A stretch of DNA of 63,638 nt, filler included. It is 6 parts of 6 records of this genome, joined end to end, with 100 filler letters (N's around TTAATTAATTAA, not from the genome) between each part and the next. Parts side by side here need not be neighbours in the genome. Positions count along the whole stretch, not along the records: positions 7,593 to 30,578 come from DRR378314_2275; positions 30,679 to 37,697 come from DRR378314_2276; 4 more parts are not named here. One strand, written 5' to 3'. The translations under genes were made by a program, and so were the position numbers. A model generated the notes under the pieces. That model did not search any database. It was not told where the DNA came from and was given only the letters and a program-made list of their open reading frames with translations. Positions 22,181-34,892 of this stretch are shown piece after piece (position 1 is the first letter of the stretch; each line of letters begins with the position of its first letter).

Positions 22181-23776
22181 CTACACTGCGGCGATCATGT
22201 CCCACAGCCGATTCGTGATATAAAAGTCAGAGTTTTCGGAAGTGCTGCATTCCAAGTTCAAATACACGAAAGAAGAACGTGCGCAAGGAATCGTGAGACG
22301 GGAACCTGTGCGGAGAGGCACAGAGCAGCGCGAGCCCACACGCTCCGCGGCGAAGGCGCACCTGAAGTCAAAGTTCTTGGTACGCGACGCCGTGCCGCCA
22401 AGCACTTGTCCGCGCACAGTATCCGCATCGTAGTCCCAACGAATATTAGAAATATTTGAGAACAACCCGAGCGCGTACCTACAGCGGAAACGCAGCCGAA
22501 ATTAGAGCAGGCGATGCTTAGCGGAGGCTCGCCAACGTGCTGCAGCCACACGCAGCGCCCGCGCTGCGGACAACGTCGCTCGAGCGCTCACAAACTGCGC
22601 GAGGGGACAAAAACGATCCCACTCCACGACGCAAATTGCGGGGAAGGAACCTTTGTCAACATACTTGATCCGTGGGACGTCAACGCGGTTTGCATTTTCG
22701 ATTTCCAGCCGCTTGTCGCTGAGCTGAGCGCCTTGCTTCCGCAACACAGACAGGGCCTCGCGCAGCGACTCAATCTCGGACTCGAGGCTGTTCATGCTGG
22801 CGATCGTGGCAGCCCGCTCGTCCTCAATACCCGCCATCTACGCTCGCACGAAAACCGCATTTTCGTACACATTGTGCATCAGCTTCCGTGATGAATAGAT
22901 TCTATGTTTTATGAATTTTTCAGTTATCTTTAATAACGGAGCTGGTGGCGGCATGGACGGGATGCTCCGTACTTTGCTGCGCCATGCGAGACAATTTGCG
23001 GCGCACCTCACTGTCAAAACGGGCTTGGATTTCGTCCGGGTTCGCGCTGGAACGCAAATCCTCCACCTTTCGTGTGAGTTCTACGCAGCGCAGAATCCAA
23101 GAAGCAGGTATTCACGCGAATCAAAAATTCACACGACAAGAAAGGTGAGATCATCAGGAAGGGGAGCGAAAGAGCGCGCATTCGGTCTCCAGCTGGGACG
23201 GTTTGCACGCGGGTGCGTTCGTCACAAGCGGGAGGCGCAAAAGCAACAAACAGCTCCTTTCGCGCCAAACGCGGCGGCTGTGGGCGCCGCAGCGCTACCA
23301 CCTGCAGAGGCTCGCGCAGTTCTCTCAGCATGAGCCCAACCACGGTCGTTTCTTTCTTTACGAGATTGCAGTATACATCAATGATTGTGAAATAATTTCT
23401 GCCAGACGAATCTCTTTCAATTGCGTCGGTCCCAAAAAACCTCACCAGCGTCAAGGAGGTGCAACTCGGCCGAAGGGTATCGACTGCCGGTGCGGCGCCA
23501 GGTGAACGTTCACCGCGTGGCCCACAACGCTGCTGGACTGCTCAGCCAACCGCGCCAAGCACGCTCGATACAGACAGTTGTCGCCGTACCTTTGATAATC
23601 TCTTTGATTTCATTCTGCCGGTCTTCGCAGAGAGTAGAAATGTTTTCTTTTGTCTCTGAAATGCGAGCAAGCGCGGTGAAGTCGTTTGTGTCTTCATACA
23701 CGCGCGTCATTTCCTCCAAGACGGTGGTGAGCCCGTCGGAGCTGGCAGCTGCCGCCATCGCTGCTGCGGCGGACAT
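22181..23776 (-). CDS. SPC24: Kinetochore Ndc80-complex subunit Spc24-like; 5 exons, 204 aa
   Basis: Exons 23776-23590, 23080-23007, 22837-22665, 22478-22362, 22244-22181 in frame; coiled coil, then LFSNISNIRWDY and terminal FYITNRLWDMI typical of the Spc24 globular domain. Confidence 0.75.
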
Positions 23777-25077
23777 GGTGCTCTCGTGTTACTTTGCGCC
23801 GACAAGTTTCGCGGCCAGAACAAGACGACTGAAGAAGAGACTCACGCCTTTCTTCAACAGAGAGGTAGAGTGTTGTCTTTTCCGTGGCGCTTCTCCAAAG
23901 GGAAATTGACAAAGGCAAGCGCAAGTGGCACACGGTTCGTCGCAGTGCTGCGCAGTGCAAGAAAGAAGCACGCTCCAGGAGTGCGTAGAGCACAGCCTGC
24001 CGTACACCCAGTATCGTCGCCTTGGCAGCAAAACACGATAAACATTACTAATGGATCTGTTTAAAAGAAACGCGAGCCCGTCCTTCTCGTACAGAGATGA
24101 ATTGTCAAGCTTGAAACCGGTTTTATCTACGTATGATATAATGAATTCTCAACCCTAATGCCAACCCTCGCCACTGCTGCTTGCTGCTGCTCGCGCGCAC
24201 AGGAAAAGCGACAAGGGACTGAAGATCGAAAGCCGTCGAGGAGCAACAGAGCCGCACATTCTACGTGCTTGCGCTTCGCTCTGCGGTTGTGCGTTCGACC
24301 GCAACCTGCAGAATATCGCGTTACGTGTATTCTCAGTTTTATACTACAGTCGTTGGCGTCCGCATATCGGGAAATTTCAGAAAAGGAGGTAAATGGTAAG
24401 TGAGTTTCCGCTCGTTCTTGTGCTGTGCCAAGCAGACGCGATAGTGCCGTTGGATGGCTGCAGGTCCGGCCAGCCTGTCCAGAAATGGCATTGGCACGCG
24501 AAGCCTCGCCCTCCATTACTTTCCTATTTTATCATCAAACCTAATTTTTCATCACGATCTATATTATGTTAATTCCGTATGCATTGTGAGGAATGCACTA
24601 AGCGCAGGCATGTAGTGGCGTAAGGCAGGGCGTCGCCGTGGGGAGTTCCTCCCGAAGCGGCAGGTGCCGCAGCGTGCAGGTATCGGCCCAGAAAATGGGC
24701 GTCTATAGCAGTGCAAGACGGGAGCACGTGCATCCGTTTGCTGCAGCTTCAGGCAATGATACTGTACATACTCGTTGAAACCTTGAGATAAGGACAGGAT
24801 TCGATAGGTTGCTTCATGTTCGTATTGCCGGTTTCTTGTGCGCCCTTGCGCCTGTGGTCCACGAGCTTGCACCACGCAGAAAGTCAGCTTCGCGAGGCTG
24901 CGAATCCATCCAGCGAAACAGCTTCTATTTGCGCTCGTTACGTACGCCAAGCCGACGAACAAATCTCCGCTTCGCTAGCGTTGAGAGGTGCAATGATGTA
25001 TTTTTACTGCGCAAGTAAACAGTAAGCTGTCGTCTTCTTCGGAATTTCCGTTCGATCATCGGCTGCTTTAGGTTTCC

Positions 25078-28000
25078 ATGGGGCCACCGCCACCGCGCAC
25101 TGCTATTGCGCACACGCGACCCAGATCGCGATATTCTCGGGAACCCGCAAACGAATCCCCCCACCCGGCCAAAAGAAATCCCTCCCAAGCTTCGCAGCGC
25201 TCTCTGTCATGGAGTGAAAGGTACACAAATTTCTGCAAGACAAACGGAGCTGCGGTCGATCGCATTTTCCTGGAGAGACTGCGACGCGGTGAAATACGAC
25301 ACGAGGTGCGGGAACCCGACAAGCTCTTCGTGCGCATCCATAGCGATCGTATGGAGCAAAATCCAAAGTAGATTCGCGCTTAGCGCCGTAACATTGTAGA
25401 GACGAAGTACGGACCGATGCTGCATTCGAATCCATTATTCCTTTTCGTATTTCCATCAAACAGCGCTCTTGGTTGCCGCTTTTTTCGCAGTGGCCACAGA
25501 GAAGGATGCGCATCGTAGTGTACGGAAACGTCCGCGAATTTCTTGTACGCCTGTCTCATTGTTGCGTTCGCGACCAGGCCCCAACAGGCTAACTTGCGGT
25601 TCTTGTCATCCTTTACTCCCCGGTGTGCCGTTGCAAAAAATGCAGGTCTTCGCCTTATGTGATGGAGCTGGAGAGTTTCTGAATGAAATGAGCAAAGATG
25701 GTGCGGCAGGGCTTTCGCGCATTGTGCTGTTTCATGGGACCGATCACGAGGAGAAAAGTCGCAGAAGCGCTTCGACCAGCCTCAAGCGCGCGCGCCGACG
25801 ACACACGTCGGGGTCAGGGTCTACTTCTCATAGCCAAGGTGAGAGAACCCAACCGTCTATCCTACAGCCTCACACGAAAACCGCCTGCCAGTCACGCAAA
25901 TCTTGTTTACTTCTCGAACTCCAACGCACCTGCCAAAACGCAGGCATCCCCGTTCCGGTCCTGCTAAAGAGTCGCGCTGGCGGGAACGGGCAGCGTTGCG
26001 CAAATCTGGTGCGACGTCTCCCACGGAGAAATGCAAAGGGCACAATCAGTGAGCTGCCGTGATTTGTCCAAACTGCGCACAAACTGACTCTTTTCGGTTT
26101 TCTGTTACGAGCATGGAGCAAGCAGAGTGTCTACCGAGGGTAAGCCACTAATTCGCTTTGACTACTTGCGTTGCTACGCTGCACGTCTCCTAGGGATTCT
26201 CACCCTCCAGAGGAAATCGCTCCACCGAATCTGGCGGTTACTGTCTCGATCGGCAGGAGTTAGCGCGACGCTCCAGACGATTGCTCTTCGCGGCGAGTGG
26301 ATTTCAGGCACAGGTACGGGACAGAAACGAGCGCAGACGCGAAATCGAGCATACGAAACGCCATGTCATGGCTCCAGCGGCTGCAAGTGCAAAAGCACAG
26401 ATGCCAACTGCCTGGCACACTCACACTGCGTACATATGTTGCTTTCTACAGCACGTCCACACGCCTTCATACAAGGCTTTTCGAAATTAATAATAATTAA
26501 TAACCACTGCCCCTCATCACGCCCCGGCCGTGTGACTATCGCTGTTGCAACTGTGAGGCGGAAGTGGTGGGACTCTTGCAGCGTTCGATTCCCGTTTACC
26601 ACTTACCATCTCCCCCATGCCCGACTGCTGGCGCAGGTCTCCGAACATTCGCCCGTGGACTGTCGCAGAGCGCACATCTGCACGAAATATCTATATCAGA
26701 GGCAAAGCTTGACGAAGCAGGAGTGAGCGCTCTGGCAAGAGCTCTCAAAGAAAACACATCTGTCCACACTCTGCGGCTTTGCAGCTGCAATGTGGGACCG
26801 GCTCTCGGAAACGAAATATCCCACGTAATCCAGGTAGGCTGCGAATTCATTTTTGCAGGAAAATCTTCCCTGTCTTTTTTCATTGATATATGCTAGTTTC
26901 GAGCGACAAAAACTCTCTGCAGAGTACATATCGAGCATAATGTGCGAGCGCATTCATCCGGTCCCGAGAGGAACTCTCGCATATTCTTTCATTTTGAGAA
27001 GCGGGAAAACGTACTTGCTCCGCAACAAGTTCGGCGCGAAAAGGTGGACTGTCGGCTTTCGATACGATGTATCGCAAGCACGTGTTCATCAGTAAGATGC
27101 AGGAGCTATCCGCTGCTCTTTTTGTTACATTCATGCGAACCATACTGACTATGCAGTGTATGTAGTGTCGCTTGTGATGAGTGGAAAATCGCGGCGCAAC
27201 AGCAGGCGCTTCCAATGTCAGCTCTTAGTATGAGGCGCTTGCTTTGCTGGTGCGCGTTCGTTGCTCCCACGGCGCAGCGGCAAACCGTTCGGAGAATGGA
27301 ATCTCGTTGGCTCCTTTCGCTAAGAGGAGAGGAGTACAAGAATGAACTTTCAGGAATCAGGGTACTTGACCTATCTGGAAATAGGCTGAACGATTCGTGG
27401 GCGATCGATTTCGCACGTGTCCTCAAGGTGCGACTTCTGGCGGTGAATTCCCGCAAGCCAGCCGTCGTAGGGCATTGCAAGGAGAGAATAACGATCTGTA
27501 ATTGGTGCCACTTCTGTTTGCCTTTCGTCCCTATATACGCAGTCATGCGGCACATATGCTGTGAATCTGTACCGATTGGTCTTATGTGCAACGTGCTCTT
27601 TTTGCTAGCTTTTTTTTCTTTCTCGCTCGTTCTCTGGGTTTGCTCAGTGGTTCCCTCCTTGCTTCCAATATTTGCGGATGATGCGCAGATGGACTCCTAC
27701 ATTACTGACGTCGACCTGCGTAGAAATGAGCTATCGATGCACAGTTTAGATGCCTTCCATGAACTCTTTGATGAAAATCGCACCCTGCGCAATTTGGATC
27801 TCCGTGAGAATGCTCGTGGGTTGCAGGGCCACTTTGTGGGCCGCGTCGACGTGCTCGCAGCATCGCAAGGTACTTCCCGCACGCTCAAGAGCCGTCTACA
27901 GGCTTGGCATCCGCCTGAATGCAAAGAATCCAGTACGAGAGCCCGTGTAATGATTGATGTTTCTAATGCGGTAGAGAACGATTCTGTGTGCATATTGTTG

Positions 28001-30212
28001 ATACTGTATTTTAGCATCTGGATTGTGTGTGCTCAGTGGTCATGGTGGTTGCTCGGAGGGAGGAAGCGGGACCGTTTCTGTGCACACCTTCCTTCCTCGC
28101 CGAGGAACTTGCACGGGCGACCTGTAATGTGCTGCTATCTCACTGCCCCTCTGACAATTGCTGCCTTGCACAAAAAGTATCCGGCTGGCTGTACTGCCCT
28201 AAGCTGCTCCAGCAGTGTCTTTTTCACACACAGCGACCGACGTTGTTCTTTAGAGCACCATAGTGCACTTGGATCATGGGCGGTCCCGCAATTCCTTTGG
28301 CTCCGTGGCGCGCGTCGACCCTAACGAGATTGGCAGCAGATGTACCGCTCGCAAGTGTCTTAGTTTGAGAACAGTCTCTTGTGTGCACCTTCACCATAGT
28401 CTTCGTGTGGAGGAATTCGTCTTTCTCGGTTTCAATGCGGCGGAAGTCCGCGCCAGTGTACCTCTGGCCGTGGCGGTTTTCAACGTCGTCGCTAGAAGAG
28501 ATGCTCCGCAGATGAATACGCAAATTGATTTTGCTCCGCGAAAGAACGTGTGTGATAACAGTGCATGCCTAGCATCACGCGCTCACAGAAAGAGTTTGTG
28601 CGCGTCGTTGCAGGGATAGTTGAGGATACTGAACACGTTGCCCCCGCTTCCCGCATGAACGGCGCGCGTACGCATCCCTCGGCGCCGATGAAAGCCTGGG
28701 CTGACATTGCGAAGAAGCCCGCGCGTGTCTCGGCGGCGAAAAAGTGTACAAAGTCACTGATCAAAGAAGTCAAGCACCTCCAACGCGAGCGTGTTCGGTA
28801 CGTATACCATAGCACAAAATAACAAAGTCAACATCTCATCAGCAGTGGCTAAGTTCGCAGATGCCAGATCGCAGTGCACAGACATTCGCATGTATTCTCC
28901 CTGATGGAAGGGCGAGGCGTAGTGCAGAACCTTCCGTGGCTTCGTTCTTGTGTTCTTGTTGCTGCTTATTATTGACGCCCGCATAGTGGTACGGATTAAG
29001 ATTTCGCCGGACTTTATGGCCCGTGGTCACAGCAACCCGGGAGGCGCAGCGATATTGGTGCGGAATTTTCGGCGAGTCTAGGTTATTGTCAGTGCGCAGA
29101 TCTCTCTGTCGCGTGCATCCGCTCTTCTGTCTTTCCCACAGTATCCCAAGCACAGCCTATGTGCAAAACTCAAACTCGTCCTTGTGTACTGTCTACAATA
29201 ACTTTGCCAACTACACTATTCGTTGAGCAGATTGGTTACGCTTGTGGACAGCATCCTTGATACGGTGCAGCTCATGTCGAACTCGATGTTGAAGGCTTTT
29301 GATGGGGCCAGCGCGTCTTCCGCAGCCGCCGCAGCCGTTGACGAATGTATTACGGCAAGGTGAGCGTACGCATGAACGTACAATCATATCAAAGACAAGT
29401 GAGCAATGCTTATGGGCTTCTCCTTGGCGGGGCATGCATGCACGCGCTCCGAGGGAGCCGGCAGGACGTCACAGTGCCGACACCGCCACGCCGAGTGTGT
29501 GTGGGGGTGGGGTATGCCGCCGGCGCACTCCTTGTACAAGTCCCGAGGAATAACGCTTTTGCTTTCCATTTTCTTGCACCGATGGCATTGTATTCGTTGG
29601 TATACTATTAATCGCACGATCTCTGCAGCGAAGCGTTGGAATCGGATGCCGAGCAAATACGGAAGCTGCTGATGAAGGGTCCATGTGCCAAGCGGTCGCG
29701 CAAGCAGAGAGTGGGGGTGGAGGCTGCCGCTCCTTTCCTTTCCTGCCCCGAGAATACCGTCCGCATTCCCACTCCGTCCAGCCCCGCTGCGAGTCTGCAT
29801 GTGGAAAACAGCAAGACGGATCCTACATATGATAGTAATACGCCAGATTCGCACAGTGATTTCTCAGAGGCGGACGAGGACGACGCCTCCGCCTTCGGTA
29901 CGCAGCGACCTGTGCAGTGCTTCCGCCCCGCACTCACGGTGCCCTTGCGACGCAAACGATCCTTCGCGTCGGCTGCGTGCGCATTTGAGGCTGCTCATCA
30001 GCCAATGTGCTGAAGACTTTTTAGGTGGCAAGAATGTTCATCAGACACTCTCGTATGCCTATGGTGGTCGGATAGGGAGTGCGCAACTTGTTTCTTGCCT
30101 GCGGGTGCTGCGCGCTTCTCACTATTCGGCCCTGACGCTTCAACCTGTGCACGCAGAGGACTCGTTGGGCGAGCATATTTCGTCCAAAATCAAAAAACTG
30201 TGGAATTTATAA
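25078..30212 (+). CDS. Leucine-rich-repeat protein, CEP78-like, multi-exon
   Basis: Phase-compatible exons 25078-25305, 25646-25838, 26194-26313, 26637-26833, 27278-27427 and one starting at 27689; RI-type LRRs (ALKENTSVHTLRL, VLDLSGNRL, LRNLDLREN) with insert QTVRRMESRWLLSLR recalling CEP78; later exons near 28600-28800, 29230-29360, 29630-29900 and a stop at 30212 are less certain. Confidence 0.65.
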
Positions 30213-30550
30213 CATGAGAACGGCCGGTAATTCCAGCGAGGACTGTAAGTTATATTCTTAATCGTGGCTTTCTCAGAGTTGCCTCGCCAGCGGCGCCAGC
30301 AGCGGTTGAGTACACACGACCTGCTGGTGCAGTCGTTCGGCACGAGAGCGCGCTGACTTCGCCGCTTCCGGGCGCGCGAGGCCATCGCGATCCCCGAATT
30401 CCAACCGCACTGACTCCTGTATCCCGGCCAACACACGACAGTGCGACGCAGGAGCTTTGCCCCAAGTCGTTCTTGCTATCCATTACGGACGTGTACAATA
30501 CATGAGAGCAAGGATGCACCGCAAACGCCGGGAAAGAAGGGTGGGAGCCG

Positions 30551-30578
30551 AAAAAAAACAAAAAAAAAAAAAAAAAAA
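30551..30578. repeat. Poly(A) tract at contig end
   Basis: Near-pure A run abutting the spacer; probable assembly break. Confidence 0.8.
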
Positions 30579-30678
30579 NNNNNNNNNNNNNNNNNNNNNN
30601 NNNNNNNNNNNNNNNNNNNNNNTTAATTAATTAANNNNNNNNNNNNNNNNNNNNNNNNNNNNNNNNNNNNNNNNNNNN
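30579..30678. other. Artificial contig spacer
   Basis: 44 N + TTAATTAATTAA + 44 N. Confidence 0.99.
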
Positions 30679-31137
30679 TTGCTCATCTAAGCGACGCTGG
30701 GCTTCCTCAAAGCGGCGCTCGGTCTCAGCAATAACGTCATCGACATCTGAACGCGTGGTTTCGCCAGGCATAGCACTGGCTTCATCGAGAGCATCTTCAG
30801 GGTCCGCTGCAAGCGTGTCTTCATCTGCCTGCACCTCTTCGTTATTGGGCGAGGTTGAGGCTTCCGATGCATCACTACTGTCATCTTTCAGCGCCTCTGC
30901 TTCCTCTAGCTCCTCTGCCGCTTGACGCGCTTCAATGTCCTCTTCGATATCATCCGCACTAGCGGCTTCATCCGTCTCTTCGCTGCCATCTGCAGCAGTA
31001 GGTGCCTGTTGAGCATCAACGTCACTGCTAGAGGTGCTCTCTTCGTTTTCTGGCGTGGCATCTTCCTGAGCATCGCCGCAGGCGCTTAGCAGCAGCGCGA
31101 GACTGGCCAGTAGTGGCATCCAAAAGCGATTTACCAT
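30679..31137 (-). CDS. Acidic lipoprotein (3' truncated)
   Basis: Lipobox LLSAC followed by a very D/E-rich chain; AGGAGA RBS. Confidence 0.85.
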
Positions 31138-31178
31138 TGGGCTTTCTCCTTAATAGTGATTCAAGTAATAAAAAACAC

Positions 31179-32138
31179 TTAGTGGCGATCATTAGCCGTC
31201 AATAGTGAGCACCCTTCCGGCAGCAGCACTTTCAAGGCAAGTGGCACGACTTCGACGCAAAATCGCTCATAGCGACGCGCCTCCCCATCTAAGGTTAACG
31301 GCCAAGGCTCGTCATCTAGCTGAGTCGTCACCGACAGCTGGCTGGCGGTAAAATAGCGCACAAAGCGCCCTTCGGCTGGAAACTGCTGCAGCTCATTCAG
31401 CAACCTCGGCAACTCTGCCGCTGATGAAAAGTCCTTGACCAGTAGCACATCGAAACGGCCATCGTCGAGCTTAGCTCTTGGCGCCAATACTTGCCCGCCG
31501 CCAGATTGGCGACCATTGCCCAGTGCGAGCAGTAATAGCGATACTTCTTGCTGTTGATCCCCCCAATGCAACGTGCCGCAATAGCTGCGATGCCGCCATG
31601 CTTTTAAAGCGCCCATCAGGGAATATGCGCCACCACCTAACATGCGCTTTAGCGTTTTGGGGGTTGATGAGGTAATTTCGGCGCCAAATCCGCCAGTTGT
31701 CATGTTGACGTAATAACTAACCGCTTCTTCTGCGCCTGACTGAGCGGTCATTCTGATCACATCAATCGGCGCTGGAGACAAGTGCCTTGCAGCCTCAAGC
31801 GCTGGCCCTGGCTCCAGTGGCAAACCGAGGGAAGTAGCAAAATCGTTGGCACTGCCTAACGGTACAATACCTAGCGCTGGTCGCAGATCATGAGCAATCC
31901 GCATGAGCCCGTTAACCACTTCATTGACGGTACCATCGCCACCGCAGGCAATGACCCGCGTGGCGCCCAGCTCGACCGATTGGGCAGCGAACTCAGCGGC
32001 ATCGCCGCCTTCCCAGGTCGAACGTACGATGATTGACATCCCTGCCTTGCGCTGCTCTTCAACAGCTTCGCGCAGCGCCGGGTTACCGGCAGACTTACCG
32101 TTAATAATCAGTAAATAGTGCTGCTGTGCATCTGTCAC
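31179..32138 (-). CDS. yegS: YegS-family lipid kinase
   Basis: INGKSAG, GGDGTVNEV, PLGSANDFA, GNGRQSGGG and LDGE motifs. Confidence 0.92.
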   Translation of the reverse strand: MTDAQQHYLLIINGKSAGNPALREAVEEQRKAGMSIIVRSTWEGGDAAEFAAQSVELGATRVIACGGDGTVNEVVNGLMRIAHDLRPALGIVPLGSANDFATSLGLPLEPGPALEAARHLSPAPIDVIRMTAQSGAEEAVSYYVNMTTGGFGAEITSSTPKTLKRMLGGGAYSLMGALKAWRHRSYCGTLHWGDQQQEVSLLLLALGNGRQSGGGQVLAPRAKLDDGRFDVLLVKDFSSAAELPRLLNELQQFPAEGRFVRYFTASQLSVTTQLDDEPWPLTLDGEARRYERFCVEVVPLALKVLLPEGCSLLTANDRH

Positions 32139-32177
32139 CGGCGCATTCCCTCTCCATGGTTAGTTCGCTGGCTTACC

Positions 32178-34808
32178 TTATGCCAGCGCTTTCTCAACAA
32201 CTTCGAATACGTTTGACGATAAAGGCTCCTGCTTAATACGCACAAGCTCGTCGCGCATTAACTGTTGACGCTCTTCGTCGAAACGCTGCCAACGGGTTAA
32301 CGGTGTCACCAGCCGTGCAGCTATTTCGGGATTCAGGCGATTCAGCTCAATAACCACATCGGCTAACAGCGCGTATCCTTTACCATCTAAACGATGGAAA
32401 TTAACCCGATTTTGGGCAAATGCTCCGATCAAAGCACGCACTTTATTAGGATTCTTAATTGAAAATGCTGGGTGCTGCATTAGATATTGCACACGCTCAA
32501 GAACATCTGGCTGTGGGCGTGACACCTGTATGGTGAACCACTGATCCATCACCAACGGGTCATGTGCCCATTTTTCGCCAAAGGTCTTCAGTGCTGGAGA
32601 CGCGATATCATCACGGTCACTATGAACCAACAAGGTCAGCGCATGACGAACATCGGTCATGTTATGTTCCGCAGCAAACTGCGTTTCGCAAAACGCAATG
32701 CCCTCTTCGTCCTCAATCGCCATTAAATAAGTTAAGGCGACGTTTTTGAGGCTACGCTGGGCAATCTGTTCAGGCGTTGGCGCGTAGGGTTCATCGCGTT
32801 GGTTCGCTTTGTACACGGCGACAAATTCATCACGCAGCGCAACGGCTAACGACTGACGCACGAATTCGCGAGCGGCGTGTATTGCGTCCACATCTACAAT
32901 CGGCTGCTGCTCGGCAATATAGGCTTCAGAGGGTAGCGTCAGCATTTCTGCCAGCACCGCTTTATCGCTCATAGCGCCGGTAAGCAGCGTTCTAAAGGCT
33001 TCCACAACACGGCTATCCATGACCTTTTCAACACCATTACGGTGTGCAGCGATTAGATCATCTAACGCCAGCATCGCAAGCCGCTGGCCTGCATCCCAAC
33101 GGTTAAAGCCATCGCTGTCATGCGTCAGCAAAAACGCAAGGTCTTCACGCGAATAGGGAAAGTGTAGCTTTACGGGTGCAGAAAAATCGCGCAGCAGTGA
33201 AGGAACAGGCGCTTCAGCAACATCAGTAAAGACAAACCTCTGCTCATCTTCAGTGAGATGAATAACCGCGTCGTTACCTAGCTTTTCACCCGACAGTGTT
33301 AATGTCAGGTCCTGCCCCGACTTGGTGCCCACTAGCCCCATACGCACAGGAATGTGTAACGGCAGCTTGTCTGATTGTCCTGGAGTCGCGGGGGTACGTT
33401 GGCGCAGAGTGAGATGATACTCCCCATGGACATAGTCGTATTCACCGTGCGCATCGATTTCAGGCGTACCTGCCTGGGAGTACCAACGCATGAATTGACC
33501 AAGGTCTACATCAGACACCTCGGCCATGCAGCCCACAAAGTCTTCGATGGTCACTGCCTGACCATCAAAACGCTCAAAATAAAGATCTGAGCCGCGACGG
33601 AAGTCTTCCCAACCCAGTAAATTACGCAGCATGCGCACAACCTCTGCGCCCTTTTCGTAAATCGTCAGGGTGTAAAAGTTGGTGATTTCAATAAAGTGGT
33701 CTGGCCGGATCGGATGCGCCGTCGGCCCTGCATCTTCGGCGAACTGAGCAGTGCGGAAAAACGACACGTCTTGAATGCGCTTAACGGGAGCCGAGTTGGT
33801 GTCGGCGGAAAAGCACTGATCACGAAATACAGTAAAGCCCTCTTTTAAAGAGAGTTGGAACCAATCACGGCAAGTCACGCGATTGCCTGACCAGTTGTGA
33901 AAATATTCATGGGCAACAATCCCTTCCACATTTTGGAAGGCTGCGTCCGTCGCGGTATTGGGATGAGTTAATACCGCAGCGGAGTTAAATATATTAAGCC
34001 CTTTGTTTTCCATTGCCCCCATATTGAAGTCATTCACTGCCACAATCATAAACAGATCAAGGTCGTATTCACGGCCATAGGTCTGTTCGTCCCATGCCAT
34101 GGCACGCTTAAGGGAGGCCATCGCATGTTCGGTTTTATCTAGGTTTTCTTGCTCGACCCATAACTGCAGCGTCACGTTGCGACCGCTCATAGTCTCAAAA
34201 GAATCTTCCACCTTATGCAAATTACCGGCGACTAAAGCGAACAGATAGCAGGGTTTCGGGTGCGGGTCTTCCCAGGTTGCGAAGTGACGGCCATTTTCCA
34301 ACGCACCTTGATCAATAGGGTTACCATTGGCGAGTAGCACTGGCTCACTGGTGGCGTTACCAATCACTGTTACCTTAAAAGTGGCCATTACATCAGGACG
34401 ATCGGGGTAATAAGTAATTCGCCGAAAGCCTTCTGCCTCACACTGGGTGCAATACATGCCGTTAGATTGGTACAGCCCTTCCAACGCAGTATTACTGCTG
34501 GGAGCTAGCTCCACCTCACTCTCCAGCATAAAGGTCTCTGGCACATCCGCTATGTGCAGCGCCTCATCCGTTAACTGATACGCAGCATCAGACAAAGGGC
34601 TACCATCGATAGCGAGTGATATCAGCGTCAGATGTTCACCGTTAAGCACTAACGGCGCTTGTGAATCAGCGCTTGGATGACGCTCTATTTGCAGGCGTGC
34701 TTTCACGCGGGTTGCTGCAGGGTCAAGATCAAACGTCAGCTCGGTATGGGTAACTAGGTAGGCGGGCGGCTGATAGTCGCTTAAATAAACCGGCTGCGGA
34801 TCAGACAT
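32178..34808 (-). CDS. pepN: Aminopeptidase N
   Basis: GAMEN and HEYFH...E zinc motif; 876 aa. Confidence 0.98.
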   Translation of the reverse strand: MSDPQPVYLSDYQPPAYLVTHTELTFDLDPAATRVKARLQIERHPSADSQAPLVLNGEHLTLISLAIDGSPLSDAAYQLTDEALHIADVPETFMLESEVELAPSSNTALEGLYQSNGMYCTQCEAEGFRRITYYPDRPDVMATFKVTVIGNATSEPVLLANGNPIDQGALENGRHFATWEDPHPKPCYLFALVAGNLHKVEDSFETMSGRNVTLQLWVEQENLDKTEHAMASLKRAMAWDEQTYGREYDLDLFMIVAVNDFNMGAMENKGLNIFNSAAVLTHPNTATDAAFQNVEGIVAHEYFHNWSGNRVTCRDWFQLSLKEGFTVFRDQCFSADTNSAPVKRIQDVSFFRTAQFAEDAGPTAHPIRPDHFIEITNFYTLTIYEKGAEVVRMLRNLLGWEDFRRGSDLYFERFDGQAVTIEDFVGCMAEVSDVDLGQFMRWYSQAGTPEIDAHGEYDYVHGEYHLTLRQRTPATPGQSDKLPLHIPVRMGLVGTKSGQDLTLTLSGEKLGNDAVIHLTEDEQRFVFTDVAEAPVPSLLRDFSAPVKLHFPYSREDLAFLLTHDSDGFNRWDAGQRLAMLALDDLIAAHRNGVEKVMDSRVVEAFRTLLTGAMSDKAVLAEMLTLPSEAYIAEQQPIVDVDAIHAAREFVRQSLAVALRDEFVAVYKANQRDEPYAPTPEQIAQRSLKNVALTYLMAIEDEEGIAFCETQFAAEHNMTDVRHALTLLVHSDRDDIASPALKTFGEKWAHDPLVMDQWFTIQVSRPQPDVLERVQYLMQHPAFSIKNPNKVRALIGAFAQNRVNFHRLDGKGYALLADVVIELNRLNPEIAARLVTPLTRWQRFDEERQQLMRDELVRIKQEPLSSNVFEVVEKALA

Positions 34809-34841
34809 AGTGCGTGACTCCTGTAAGCTTATAAATTATTT

Positions 34842-34870
34842 GATGGTGCAGCGCCTAACGCTGCACCATC
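34842..34870. other. Perfect 12-bp hairpin between yajQ and pepN
   Basis: GATGGTGCAGCG-CCTAA-CGCTGCACCATC; no clean U tract on the coding strand, so a stability element or weak terminator. Confidence 0.55.
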
Positions 34871-34892
34871 GTATGACTGTCGATCGAGTTAA

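Noticed and set aside
7593-30578. Hundreds of short ORFs read as a novel small-protein or viral region
   Set aside because: They are explained by exon fragments, introns and antisense frames of five spliced genes
30551-30578. Poly(A) as evidence of a cDNA or retro-insertion
   Set aside because: The contig retains introns and carries genes on both strands; a genomic homopolymer at an assembly break is simpler
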